From a virus: 64,000 bases of DNA. The position numbers and the translations under genes were made by a program. Position 1 is the stretch's first letter; every line of letters starts with the position of its first letter. Under the pieces are notes generated by a model. The model made no database searches. It was not told the DNA's origin and worked only from the letters and a program-made list of their open reading frames with translations. This document shows positions 10,469-20,023 of this stretch, one piece after another. The stretch spans positions 1 through 64,000 of IMG/VR virus record IMGVR_UViG_3300023196_003249. One strand, written 5' to 3'.

Positions 10469-10810
10469 TTATTTGTTTTTAATGTAGTTAACTAAATCTT
10501 TCTTTTTGATTCTAGGTTTAACATCTTCCTTAATGGTAACTACGTGTTTATTTTTATCTTCTAATTCTTTCATAACTGCATCAAACCCTTCATATTGAAT
10601 TCCATGTTCAATTGAGTTATTAGCTTGGTCACCACCACTTAATTGGTCAATTTCAGCCTTATCTTTAGCATCATCTTCTTCTCCCTCAGTTTGAACAATA
10701 TTTATTTCAGCATCTGGTGTCACATCTACTAACTTCTTAACCTCATCTTTTTGGTCAATAGCAGTATCTATTGTCATATTGTAATCCTCTTCTTTAATTT
10801 TTTTAGCCAT
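10469..10810 (-). CDS. hypothetical acidic protein
   Basis: ORF abutting its neighbours. Confidence 0.5.
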   Translation of the reverse strand: MAKKIKEEDYNMTIDTAIDQKDEVKKLVDVTPDAEINIVQTEGEEDDAKDKAEIDQLSGGDQANNSIEHGIQYEGFDAVMKELEDKNKHVVTIKEDVKPRIKKKDLVNYIKNK

Positions 10811-11216
10811 CCTTTTGTGTTTTTTCGTATTTTATATTTATATCGTTAGCATATAATAAATCACTAACTTCCTTTATCGGCATACCAAAATGAAATACTA
10901 ATCTTTCATCTGGATAATCTTCTAATCCTTCAATATTTTGCCAAGCCAATGGCATTACTTTATCCATTGCATCCCACATTGAAAACTGTTCATTATGTTG
11001 TGCCAATGTTAATCGTATTCCAGTGCTAATATCACCAACTTGCTTTATAAGTTTTTTATACGGTGGGTGTGGATTACCCCCTGCTGGGTATGTATCCCAT
11101 TCCTCACCATCAATATCCTCAGTTGTATCAGAAAATATAAATTGATAGGTGTAATTACCTTTATAGTCTTGTGACCTATCATGTATATAAATTAGAAATA
11201 ACTTACTCATTACCAA
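10803..11216 (-). CDS. hypothetical protein
   Basis: ORF with 8-nt and 14-nt overlaps to its neighbours. Confidence 0.55.
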   Translation of the reverse strand: MVMSKLFLIYIHDRSQDYKGNYTYQFIFSDTTEDIDGEEWDTYPAGGNPHPPYKKLIKQVGDISTGIRLTLAQHNEQFSMWDAMDKVMPLAWQNIEGLEDYPDERLVFHFGMPIKEVSDLLYANDINIKYEKTQKDG

Positions 11217-12279
11217 GCTCTGTTATTGTAGGTTCAGATTCACTAAATCCTAATAATTCTAAATTCTGAAGAGGGTGACCATAAAAATCAACATCAACCG
11301 CATATCTTTTACCATCTACTATATCAGAAACAAATTGATAAACCCAAGGTTCATTATAATCTTCTGGCTTTTGAACTATCTCATTACTATTACTAAATAA
11401 AACTTCTTTAGCCTCTCCATTAACTCTAAACTTAATAACTACTTCTTCTTTTTCATCTTGACCACTAAATCTAGTGCTATCAATATACTCAAGTTCTTTA
11501 CCCTCAGCTTTAGGCTCTGGGTCTGGAATACCCTCTGGAACTATAGTCCAAGGTTTACTTCTCCTGCTAGGTTTAACCGCTGGTTTTGTAGTTGGTTTTG
11601 TAATTGGTTCAGCTGGTGAACTATCTAATCTTAAACTTTCTCTTACCATATCTTTAATATTTGAAGCAAAGATACGACTTTTATTTTGATTTTCCAAGTT
11701 TAAATACTTATTTTCTTCCATACCACCATCTTCAACACCTAAAGAAGGGTCCTCAAATACCGTCTTACCTAGATAATTAGGGTTATGACCCTCTTCCATA
11801 AATTCTTCTTCATCAGCAGGAACTGGAACTCCACCATCCATATTATCATTGCTACTATCAATAGCTTCTTCACCAGCCATATCACCAGCCATATCACCAG
11901 CACCTTCACCACCACCATTAGTACTTGATGATTTAACTTTATTAATAATATCGGTTTGGTCTTCTTGGTCCATAGAACCAGAATTAGTTGCGGATAAAAC
12001 AGAGTTTATTGCAAACTTCTCTAAATCATAATCAGGTTCACCTACAGTTTCAGTATATTTCCTAAGACTTTGACCTAATTTTCCAGATAATTGTTGTATG
12101 TATTTTTCAGGAGATTCTTCCTCACTAGCTTCTACACCAGCATCGAATGGCTCATCATCAAAAGGTTTATCACCACCCATATCTTCACCACTCATATCTT
12201 CACCACCAAATGGGTCATCTGACATCTCTGGTTCTGGGAACGGCTCTTCTTGAACCTCAGAACCCATCTCTGGAGCCAA
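11203..12279 (-). CDS. acidic Pro/Glu-rich protein; probable downstream part of a -1 fusion with 12327..13076
   Basis: The annotated start is TTG and the first ATG is at 12267. The frame stays open upstream to 12342, inside an A10 run. Confidence 0.55.
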   Translation of the reverse strand: MAPEMGSEVQEEPFPEPEMSDDPFGGEDMSGEDMGGDKPFDDEPFDAGVEASEEESPEKYIQQLSGKLGQSLRKYTETVGEPDYDLEKFAINSVLSATNSGSMDQEDQTDIINKVKSSSTNGGGEGAGDMAGDMAGEEAIDSSNDNMDGGVPVPADEEEFMEEGHNPNYLGKTVFEDPSLGVEDGGMEENKYLNLENQNKSRIFASNIKDMVRESLRLDSSPAEPITKPTTKPAVKPSRRSKPWTIVPEGIPDPEPKAEGKELEYIDSTRFSGQDEKEEVVIKFRVNGEAKEVLFSNSNEIVQKPEDYNEPWVYQFVSDIVDGKRYAVDVDFYGHPLQNLELLGFSESEPTITELGNE

Positions 12280-12326
12280 TGGTTCAGGAGATGGGTTATC
12301 TAATTTAAGTTTAAACTTGGTTTCAG

Positions 12327-13076
12327 TTATTTCTTTTTTTTTTCAGCGCTATGAACTCCTTTATCTATATTACCAAGGGCAGTACTAATACTTAACTTGT
12401 TTTCAATAGGAGTTTGCTTAACTTCAGTAAGTTTTCTAACCTCAAGAATCATTCTATCGATAGCTTTCTCAGTTTCAGTTAATTCAACATCATTTTCTTC
12501 TAATGTTTCTTCACCTTCAACAACATCTTCTTCTTCAACAACAGGTGGAGTATCCACATCCGGGTTACCAGTTTCACCAGTGTCAGTAATGATTTCCTCT
12601 TCATGACCTTCATTTTTACCTGGAGTTTTAACAGTACCCATTAATTTGTCTGGTTGACTTGGTTTGATAGGGTCACTATAAGACTCAAAAGATTCAGTCA
12701 TTAAATTATCATTCTTAAGAATGTTAATCATAGCATTAGCACCTAAAGCTTCATTAAGACTAATGAATTTAAGGTTAAGTTGTTTAGCAGCTTTAGCGTA
12801 ACTTTCGAATACAACTTCAGCTTTATTTTGTAGCCCACCAATATAGTTAAAATCTTCAGCAACTAAGTTTTCTTTTTTGCTTGAAATTTTAATAAAATAT
12901 TTATGATTTTCTCTAACGATACCGTAAACATTTCCGTCAGGTCCTAATTTAGTTAACTCAACTACTGAACGTTTTACGTTTTCATTGATAGGTGTGATAC
13001 CCATCAAACTTTTCATTCTATTTACTTGAGAATTACCTTTTAAACCAGTTGGTTTTACATTATTCGATTTTTCCAT
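12327..13076 (-). CDS. hypothetical protein (upstream partner of candidate -1 fusion)
   Basis: 249-aa ORF ending HSAEKKKK-stop, two codons after the slippery heptamer. Confidence 0.6.
   Translation of the reverse strand: MEKSNNVKPTGLKGNSQVNRMKSLMGITPINENVKRSVVELTKLGPDGNVYGIVRENHKYFIKISSKKENLVAEDFNYIGGLQNKAEVVFESYAKAAKQLNLKFISLNEALGANAMINILKNDNLMTESFESYSDPIKPSQPDKLMGTVKTPGKNEGHEEEIITDTGETGNPDVDTPPVVEEEDVVEGEETLEENDVELTETEKAIDRMILEVRKLTEVKQTPIENKLSISTALGNIDKGVHSAEKKKK
12333..12343 (-). promoter_or_regulatory. candidate -1 recoding site: A10 run containing in-frame A_AAA_AAG
   Basis: Minus strand reads GCT GAA AAA AAA AAG AAA TAA. The -1 frame is open from the run into ORF 11203..12279. Confidence 0.45.
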
Positions 13077-13087
13077 TTATATTCTTT

Positions 13088-13306
13088 TTATAGTATTTGT
13101 GATGGCAATTTGATTGTTTTGTTACCTAATAAATAAACACCAGCAGCTCCAGTAATTGAAGTTACTATAATCTCAATTGAAGCACTTTCAGCCATTACAA
13201 CTGAGATACCGTTAAGGGTTATAGTCCCTGCAGTACCACAATATACTTGAGTATATGTGTAGTTTTCTAAGTCAGCATCAGTTGATAAGTGTATTACTCT
13301 ATTCAT
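13088..13306 (-). CDS. hypothetical protein
   Basis: 72-aa ORF with a late-like motif 9 nt upstream. Confidence 0.45.
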   Translation of the reverse strand: MNRVIHLSTDADLENYTYTQVYCGTAGTITLNGISVVMAESASIEIIVTSITGAAGVYLLGNKTIKLPSQIL

Positions 13307-13315
13307 CTATTTAGT

Positions 13316-13330
13316 TTTCTTAATAAATAT
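13316..13330 (-). promoter_or_regulatory. late-like promoter motif ATATTTATTAAGAAA
   Basis: 9 nt upstream of the ATG at 13306. Confidence 0.4.
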
Positions 13331-13368
13331 AAGAAAAAAAGGTAAAAATCTTTATTTGTGTATAAAAC

Positions 13369-13821
13369 TTAAAATGATAGTATTGCCGACTTAACTTTAA
13401 AGGTTAACTTAACACCAGCCAAACTATCATCTTTAAAATCTAAAGTGCAAAAATCTATATTTTTTATTTTCCCAGTAAGAATCCATTTCTCAACACATAT
13501 ACCAGTCGGGTCTAACATTTCAACTTCAATATTCATTTCAGATGGCTTACCATCTCTCTTTTTACCTTTAAGAAGTTTTAACATCTCTAATTCTTGAATC
13601 CCATCCATTAGAACTTTACTAGTTGATGGAGAAATTCCATCATGTAATTCAAATACAATGTCAGACCACTTACCTTTTATGGCGTTATAAGTTGGGCGAC
13701 TCGCTTTATGTGTTAAACATCTACCATCTTCAAATTTAAAAACGTCAGGGTATTTTACAATAAATCTATTCTTTCTCTTGAATTCAATTTGGTTGGGTAC
13801 TTTATGTAATAATTCACTCAT
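13369..13821 (-). CDS. hypothetical protein
   Basis: Start moved to Met11 (MSELLHK), because the ATATTTATTAATAAA motif at 13831-13845 lies inside the longer ORF. Confidence 0.55.
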   Translation of the reverse strand: MSELLHKVPNQIEFKRKNRFIVKYPDVFKFEDGRCLTHKASRPTYNAIKGKWSDIVFELHDGISPSTSKVLMDGIQELEMLKLLKGKKRDGKPSEMNIEVEMLDPTGICVEKWILTGKIKNIDFCTLDFKDDSLAGVKLTFKVKSAILSF

Positions 13822-13830
13822 ATCTATTTG

Positions 13831-13845
13831 TTTATTAATAAATAT
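13831..13845 (-). promoter_or_regulatory. late-like promoter motif ATATTTATTAATAAA
   Basis: 9 nt upstream of the ATG at 13821. Confidence 0.4.
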
Positions 13846-13861
13846 GAGCAAATCAATTATT

Positions 13862-15193
13862 TTAGTTAGATAAAGGCGCTTTTATTGAATCATGAGATTT
13901 ATAACCTTCAATAATAAAATCGTCAATCTCTAAATTATCTATCCAATAATTAACTCCATCAAGTGTAGACGTATCTCTATCATGATTCCAAAACTCATCA
14001 TTAATAATCAATTCAGGTAATGTAAAAGGTTCTCTACTTTTTAATGGTAATGTAAGTTTAGATAATTCTACCTTTAGTACCTGTTCCCTATCCCTTATTT
14101 CGGCTGCAGCCTCATAACGTTGCTCTTTAATAAGTTCCAATTTTTTCTTTTGAACACTAACATACTCTCCATACGTCTCAGGAGACAACTCTTTTAATAT
14201 TATATTTAATTGATTATCAGATAATTCAGACCCTATTTGTTCCCTAGCTTGGTCTATATGATTTAAGTATAAATGAGTATCACCCAAATTACCAATCAAT
14301 TCTCCTGGAATCATATTTACTTCCTTGGCAAGTATCTCTAATAACAAACCGTATGACGCAATGTTAAATGGTAACCCTAAGAACGTATCTACTGAACGTT
14401 GATTCCAACTTAATGATAATTCTCGTTCTGGAACACTTGATAAATCTATATTATCCATACTATTCTCTGGACTTACTTGGTGTAAATACCTGCTATCCCA
14501 TATTTCTACTCGTTCTTCTAAACTTAACTCTCTAGTATAACATTGAAATCCGTAGTGGCATGGTGGTAACGTCATTTGATTTAACTCTCCAACGTTCCAT
14601 GCGTTAACCATCAACCTCCTTGAATCAGGATTGTTTTTAAGGTTATGAATTAATTCTGCAATTTGGTCAATATGTGGCTTTTTAAAGTCATATTTAAATT
14701 CACCACTAGAATATGTTTCACCAGTTTTAAATGATTTATAATCCCCATATTCCCAATGTCTCCATTGCTTACCATAGATAGGACCTAACTCACCCCACTC
14801 TTCAGCAAACTTATCATCAGTTTTAATCTTTTCAACAAACTCTTTCATCGATAAAATGTCAAATCTATTGGAATGTATTGTTGGATGATTATTATGATAA
14901 CGTGTATAAGCTTTATAAGCATCACCATTCCAAATGTTACACCCATTCTCTACAAGATACTTGATATTAGTATCGCCACGTAGAAACCATATTAATTCTG
15001 TTACTATAACTTTCCATGGCATTTTTTTAGTTGTAAGTAATGGAAAACCATCAGCCATGTTATGTCTTATAGTTCTACCGAAAACTGATTTAGTTCCAGT
15101 TCCGGTTCTATCTTTCTTCACCACCCCTACCTCTAATATGTCCTGCAGAAGGTCTACGTATTGTTTATCTAATTTATTTATTTTTTTCTCCAT
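13862..15193 (-). CDS. thyA: thymidylate synthase (ThyA type) with unusual in-frame insertions
   Basis: DRTGTGTKSVFG, LPPCHYGFQCY, NQRSVDTFLGLPFNIASY, DTHLY.NH and a C-terminal GY..H..IKAP. 443 aa, against about 264-320 for typical ThyA. Confidence 0.9.
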   Translation of the reverse strand: MEKKINKLDKQYVDLLQDILEVGVVKKDRTGTGTKSVFGRTIRHNMADGFPLLTTKKMPWKVIVTELIWFLRGDTNIKYLVENGCNIWNGDAYKAYTRYHNNHPTIHSNRFDILSMKEFVEKIKTDDKFAEEWGELGPIYGKQWRHWEYGDYKSFKTGETYSSGEFKYDFKKPHIDQIAELIHNLKNNPDSRRLMVNAWNVGELNQMTLPPCHYGFQCYTRELSLEERVEIWDSRYLHQVSPENSMDNIDLSSVPERELSLSWNQRSVDTFLGLPFNIASYGLLLEILAKEVNMIPGELIGNLGDTHLYLNHIDQAREQIGSELSDNQLNIILKELSPETYGEYVSVQKKKLELIKEQRYEAAAEIRDREQVLKVELSKLTLPLKSREPFTLPELIINDEFWNHDRDTSTLDGVNYWIDNLEIDDFIIEGYKSHDSIKAPLSN

Positions 15194-15503
15194 CTCTTTC
15201 TTTTGGTATTCCCATTGTTTTTTGTAATTCTTCAGCTAAAAGTCTAAGTAATTCAGTTTGTTCGACTATACCATGATACATAGTAACATCTTCTGCCAAT
15301 TCTCGTGTATATGTTATTGGACTATCTAGGTAAGTGAGCCAAGATTCGGCATCACTATAATACCAATACCAAACCCACATAGTTCTTACCTTACCCCAAA
15401 CACCAACATAGAACATGTTTCTAACTGTCATTCTGATTTTCCTAACCTCTGATTTTACGGTCACCTCATCTAATTTGAAACTTACCTCTGGAATATCTTC
15501 CAT
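15174..15503 (-). CDS. hypothetical protein
   Basis: ORF overlapping the thyA start by 20 nt. Confidence 0.5.
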   Translation of the reverse strand: MEDIPEVSFKLDEVTVKSEVRKIRMTVRNMFYVGVWGKVRTMWVWYWYYSDAESWLTYLDSPITYTRELAEDVTMYHGIVEQTELLRLLAEELQKTMGIPKERDGEKNK

Positions 15504-15506
15504 ATA

Positions 15507-15935
15507 TTATAGTAATGTTTTATAAACTTCGAATCTAGCGGTCAAATCATCTAACTTATAAAGGTCTATAGTATCTGTTGCACCAACATCATCAATTATC
15601 TTAGCCATGTCACTCATAATACTAGTTAAATATTCTACAGCTTCATTCTTAATCGCTTGATTAAGTTCCTCTTTAATTAACTTGGTATCAACTTTACCAT
15701 CATTGATAGTTTCATATACATCCTTTATATACTTGTTAAAAACCACACCTTGACTTGAATCGGTTTCAAACCTAGTATAATCTGTCATAGGTACGTTATT
15801 ATACGTATATTGCCCACCATAATTGAATGTGATTGTTAACGCCTGTGTTTTTAGGTTGTAATTTGACGCTAAAATGTTAGACGATTCATAAATTCCTCTG
15901 ATGTTTCCATCTTTTTGTACTCTTTTTTTTATCAT
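15507..15935 (-). CDS. hypothetical protein
   Basis: ORF with a TAtcTTTG promoter box upstream (about 15964-15971, minus strand). Confidence 0.55.
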   Translation of the reverse strand: MIKKRVQKDGNIRGIYESSNILASNYNLKTQALTITFNYGGQYTYNNVPMTDYTRFETDSSQGVVFNKYIKDVYETINDGKVDTKLIKEELNQAIKNEAVEYLTSIMSDMAKIIDDVGATDTIDLYKLDDLTARFEVYKTLL

Positions 15936-15993
15936 AATATCATTGTTTTTAATATGTTAAGCAAAGATACTGAAAAAAATTCACCTAAACAAC

Positions 15994-16023
15994 TTGTTTA
16001 TTAAATAATTTTGTGTATATTTG
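15994..16023 (+). promoter_or_regulatory. Bacteroidota-type promoter TTG-N19-TAtaTTTG for the clpC-like gene
   Basis: TTG at 15994-15996 and TATATTTG at 16016-16023. Confidence 0.55.
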
Positions 16024-16045
16024 CAGTATAATTAAATAATCGAGT

Positions 16046-18496
16046 ATGAAATGCGACATTGGTCCAAAGGTTAACGAAATAGTACAAAATGCAATAAACG
16101 AGGCACACTCTTATGATGATACCGAGTTATTGCCAGAACATATATTATTGGCTTTAATTTTAGATGATACTAATGAAGCTATTGAGGCATTACGTAAAAG
16201 ACATGTTGATGTTGATAAAATGTTTGAAACTTTATCGTTGTTTTTGAAAAGTAACACATATAGAAAACGTAACGCTTATTCAGTTTCAGATTTAAAACCT
16301 AGCGTTGGTGCAACATTCATCATCAATCAAATGGACCACGAATGTGATAGGTTAGGTGATAAGATTGTAGAACCTAATCATTTAATGTTAGGGATATTAA
16401 AAGGTAAATCACAAGCACAGAGATTATTAATGAAAAATAATATAAATTATATAACTTTTAAAAAGGAAATTATGGGAGAATATGAAAACGATGATATGGA
16501 AGAACAAAGTCCAATCAGACCTAGGAAAACTAGAAACGTTCAAGAACAAACAAGTAAAACACCAGGGTTAGATAAATTCTGCGTAGATATTTCAAAAGCC
16601 GCAGCCGATGGTAAATTAGACCCAGTTGTTGGTCGTGAAAAAGAAGTTCGTAGAGTTACTACGATACTAGCACGAAGAAAAAAGAACAACCCAGTACTTA
16701 TTGGAGAACCAGGAGTTGGTAAAACTGCAATAGTAGAAGGGTTAGCATCACTTATACACAGTGGTGATGCACCTCAACCACTTTTAAATAAAAGAATCTT
16801 CTCATTAGATTTAGCATCAGCAGTTGCTGGAACTAAATATAGAGGTCAGTTCGAGGAAAGAATGAAACACATTTTAACTGAATTAAAAGCGAATAAAGAT
16901 ATTATCTTATTCATTGATGAATTACATACAATCGTTGGTGCTGGTAACGCATCCGGTTCATTGGATGCATCTAACATCTTCAAACCTGCTTTAGGTAGAG
17001 GTGAAATACAAGTTATTGGTGCAACTACTCTAGATGAGTTTAGAGAAAATATAGAAAAAGATGGTGCTTTAAATAGAAGATTTCAACAAGTATTGGTGGA
17101 AGAACCAACATTTGAAGAAACAGTTGAAATCCTAGAGAACATTAAAGGAAATTATGAAAACCATCACAATGTTATTTATAGTTCTGATATTATAGCTGAA
17201 ATTACTAAGTTAGCTGACAGATATATTCCAGAAAGAGCCATGCCAGATAAAGCCATCGATGTTTTAGATGAGGTTGGTGCAGCTACAAAAATAGATATTA
17301 AAGCGCCAGATGATATTGTAGAACTTAAAGGTGAACTTGCTAAAAGTAGAGAAGAAAAGATGCAAATCGTTGCTGAACAACGTTACGAAGAAGCGGCCAC
17401 ATATTTGAAGAAAGAAGAAGAAATCATGGCTGAAATCGGTAAATGGGAAGATGGTATTAAAACTAATATTACCACTATTACTCATGACATGGTAACTAAA
17501 GTAGTGTCAACTACAACAGGAATTCCATTAGATAAACTTTCAACTACTGAAAATAACACACTTAAAAACTTAGATAAAGATATCAAAGCGACTGTTATCG
17601 GTCAAGATGAGGCTGTTGATAAAATCTCTAGAGCAATTAAGCGTAGTAGATTAGGTGTTAAGAGTCAACATAAACCAATTGGTTCATTTATGTTCTTAGG
17701 TTCAACTGGTGTAGGTAAAACTCACCTTGCTAAAGTATTGGCTGAACAAGTATTCGGTGATGCTGAAGCCTTAATTAGAGTTGATATGTCAGAATACATG
17801 GAGAAACATGCAATGTCTAAATTGATTGGAGCACCTCCAGGATACGTAGGATACGGTGAGGGTGGTAAATTAACTGAAGCGGTTCGTAGAAAACCTTATT
17901 CAGTAATATTATTTGATGAGATTGAAAAAGCTCATGATGATGTATTTAACTTATTATTACAAGTGTTAGATGAAGGTCATTTAACAGATTCAAATGGTAT
18001 AAAAGTGAATTTCAAAAACACTATGATTATCATGACATCTAATATTGGTGTGAAAGAATTATCACAATTTGGTGGTGGTATTGGATTTGAAACTGGTAAC
18101 TCAATAGTTAATGAGGAAAGCAGAGCTAAGAGTATAATCAAAAAAGCTCTTAAGAAAAAATTCAAACCAGAATTCTTGAATAGAATTGATGATACTATTA
18201 TCTTTAATGGCTTACAACCAGAACACATTGAAGTTATCATCAAGCATGAGTTAAATGAAGTTAAAAAGCGTATCGCTGAATTAGGTATTGCGTTAACGTT
18301 AACTAAAGATGCAATGACTTTCATAGCAAAAGAAGGTTACCATAAAGAGTATGGTGCAAGACCTCTTAATAGAGCAATACAGAAGTATGTAGAGGACCCT
18401 ATTGCTGATGCCCTTATCAACGGAGATTTAGTTGATGGTGGTAAAATTAAGTTAGGATATAGTGAGAAGAAAGGTGTCACTAGTACCATTTCGTAA
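16046..18496 (+). CDS. clpC: ClpC-type class I AAA+ unfoldase (Clp/Hsp100 family)
   Basis: Two Clp_N repeats ([16 protein letters not shown]). D1 has [15 protein letters not shown] and ILFIDELH. Short UVR-like middle segment [10 protein letters not shown]2 has [12 protein letters not shown] and [14 protein letters not shown] loop at the position of the ClpP-docking tripeptide. Confidence 0.9.
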   Translation: MKCDIGPKVNEIVQNAINEAHSYDDTELLPEHILLALILDDTNEAIEALRKRHVDVDKMFETLSLFLKSNTYRKRNAYSVSDLKPSVGATFIINQMDHECDRLGDKIVEPNHLMLGILKGKSQAQRLLMKNNINYITFKKEIMGEYENDDMEEQSPIRPRKTRNVQEQTSKTPGLDKFCVDISKAAADGKLDPVVGREKEVRRVTTILARRKKNNPVLIGEPGVGKTAIVEGLASLIHSGDAPQPLLNKRIFSLDLASAVAGTKYRGQFEERMKHILTELKANKDIILFIDELHTIVGAGNASGSLDASNIFKPALGRGEIQVIGATTLDEFRENIEKDGALNRRFQQVLVEEPTFEETVEILENIKGNYENHHNVIYSSDIIAEITKLADRYIPERAMPDKAIDVLDEVGAATKIDIKAPDDIVELKGELAKSREEKMQIVAEQRYEEAATYLKKEEEIMAEIGKWEDGIKTNITTITHDMVTKVVSTTTGIPLDKLSTTENNTLKNLDKDIKATVIGQDEAVDKISRAIKRSRLGVKSQHKPIGSFMFLGSTGVGKTHLAKVLAEQVFGDAEALIRVDMSEYMEKHAMSKLIGAPPGYVGYGEGGKLTEAVRRKPYSVILFDEIEKAHDDVFNLLLQVLDEGHLTDSNGIKVNFKNTMIIMTSNIGVKELSQFGGGIGFETGNSIVNEESRAKSIIKKALKKKFKPEFLNRIDDTIIFNGLQPEHIEVIIKHELNEVKKRIAELGIALTLTKDAMTFIAKEGYHKEYGARPLNRAIQKYVEDPIADALINGDLVDGGKIKLGYSEKKGVTSTIS

Positions 18497-18831
18497 TGGT
18501 AGAACTAATGGAAGAAGAACATGGTAAATGTCATAGTTGCAACGCTACCGCTGAAGGTCAGTGTGAGCGTTGCTACCAAGGCGTTTGTATCGATTGTATA
18601 GTTCCATTCACATATATGAATCAAATTGATTATACCGTATGTAATGATTGTAATGATGATTATGAATATATGCGTGGAGAGTTATTAGAAAAAGAGCAAG
18701 CTGAAAATATTAAAATGAATAGATTTATTGAAAAATATGGTAGCATCGAAAAAGGTATGGCGAGGTATTATAAACAAAAAAAAATAATTAGTTCTATTAA
18801 CAAATATGTGGATAATGATATAAAACCCTAA
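18496..18831 (+). CDS. Cys-rich zinc-finger protein, translationally coupled to clpC
   Basis: TAATG stop/start overlap. Four CxxC pairs (CHSC, CERC, CIDC, CNDC) followed by a charged helix. Confidence 0.6.
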   Translation: MVELMEEEHGKCHSCNATAEGQCERCYQGVCIDCIVPFTYMNQIDYTVCNDCNDDYEYMRGELLEKEQAENIKMNRFIEKYGSIEKGMARYYKQKKIISSINKYVDNDIKP

Positions 18832-18847
18832 ATTAGGGTTTTTTTTA
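18824..18847 (+). terminator. rho-independent terminator AACCCTA-aat-TAGGGTT + T8
   Basis: Stem-loop plus T run overlapping the stop codon. Confidence 0.75.
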
Positions 18848-18871
18848 TGTCTTTTTTTCATATTTATTAAC

Positions 18872-19282
18872 ATGGAAACACTTTCAGCAAAACAAAAAAT
18901 ATTACTTGAGGACTTAAAGGACGATATTCTTCTTTATAAAGAAGAGTTAGGTGGTCAAATTTACACTCACAAACTCGGCATAGTCATTGGCGCTATTGTT
19001 GCGGTTATATTTTGTGGTATATTAGTGTTTTACCCAGAGTTTATCACTAAATTACAAACAGTATCAGAACATATGGGATTAATAACTGGTTTTGTCGGAG
19101 AAGTTTTACCAGTGGCATATATAACAAAATCAGCCAACAGTTCAAAAGCCCAATCAAAAAAATTAAAAGGGTTACGTTTATTCGAAAAGAATATCCAAAG
19201 AATGGAATATTCAATAATACCAAATGATGAAGATGATATTATTGCTCTAGAAATGGACTTATCAATTTACGTAACCACTTAA
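18872..19282 (+). CDS. membrane protein
   Basis: Central hydrophobic helices (IVIGAIVAVIFCGILVF, LITGFVGEVLPVAYI). Confidence 0.5.
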   Translation: METLSAKQKILLEDLKDDILLYKEELGGQIYTHKLGIVIGAIVAVIFCGILVFYPEFITKLQTVSEHMGLITGFVGEVLPVAYITKSANSSKAQSKKLKGLRLFEKNIQRMEYSIIPNDEDDIIALEMDLSIYVTT

Positions 19283-19293
19283 GAAATAATATT

Positions 19294-20019
19294 ATGAGTG
19301 AAATAAGACAATTAATTAGCGAAACAATAAAAGCATCTAAAAGAAATAGGATGATTAATGGAATACTTTGGGTAGTAGTCTTTAGCTTACTAGGTGTCGC
19401 TCTATATACAACCTTTTTATCAATAGAATCTAAAGAAGAGGCTGTTAAAGAAAGAGATGCTAAGAAAGAATTACTAATAGTGTCAGATAGTTTACGTGTT
19501 AAAGCCGAAATGTTGGTACTTGATTTAGAAGTTTCAAAAGAAAATCTTAAAGGAGAGAAAGCTAAATTAGAGGAAATTAAAATTTTATACGATTCACTAA
19601 GACAAGTTCAACTAGAACAAATGGTACTATTGACACAAATTGATGATAGGGATGAATTATGGGATTACGCAGTGAAATTAAATACAGTCCAATCATATAC
19701 TGATTATATAAAAATTAAAGGTACTAATAATAAGGTGCATAACAAACTTAAAACATTACTTGATAAAACAGGGTATGTTCAGATTCAAGAATCAAATGGT
19801 AAAATGTTAATACAAGAAGTAGACGCTCAATTTGATTGGGGAGAATTCGGATTATGGACATCAAAATCAGCTCGTAGTATTAGAAATGGTGTAATGGGAT
19901 TAAAAGAATATCCAAACACCAACCGTAATGGTGATGTAATACTAGAAGGTCAACCATTTGTTATCATTCAAGATAGTATTATGAGTGGTAGAACTCGTTG
20001 GGCTAAAATAAAATATTAA
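19294..20019 (+). CDS. membrane-anchored coiled-coil protein
   Basis: N-terminal TM helix (ILWVVVFSLLGVALYTTFL), a heptad-rich middle and a beta-rich C-terminus. Confidence 0.5.
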   Translation: MSEIRQLISETIKASKRNRMINGILWVVVFSLLGVALYTTFLSIESKEEAVKERDAKKELLIVSDSLRVKAEMLVLDLEVSKENLKGEKAKLEEIKILYDSLRQVQLEQMVLLTQIDDRDELWDYAVKLNTVQSYTDYIKIKGTNNKVHNKLKTLLDKTGYVQIQESNGKMLIQEVDAQFDWGEFGLWTSKSARSIRNGVMGLKEYPNTNRNGDVILEGQPFVIIQDSIMSGRTRWAKIKY

Positions 20020-20023
20020 TAAT

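Noticed and set aside
13862-15193. ThyA insertions as a group I intron (as in T4 td) or an intein
   Set aside because: The ORF is continuous and in frame. The inserts are 40-65 aa, far too short for an intein, and there are no intron-like stops or structured GC-rich core.
18773-18784. A9 run inside the zinc-finger ORF (CAA AAA AAA ATA) as a frameshift site
   Set aside because: The -1 frame hits TAA immediately after the run. There is no downstream ORF to join.
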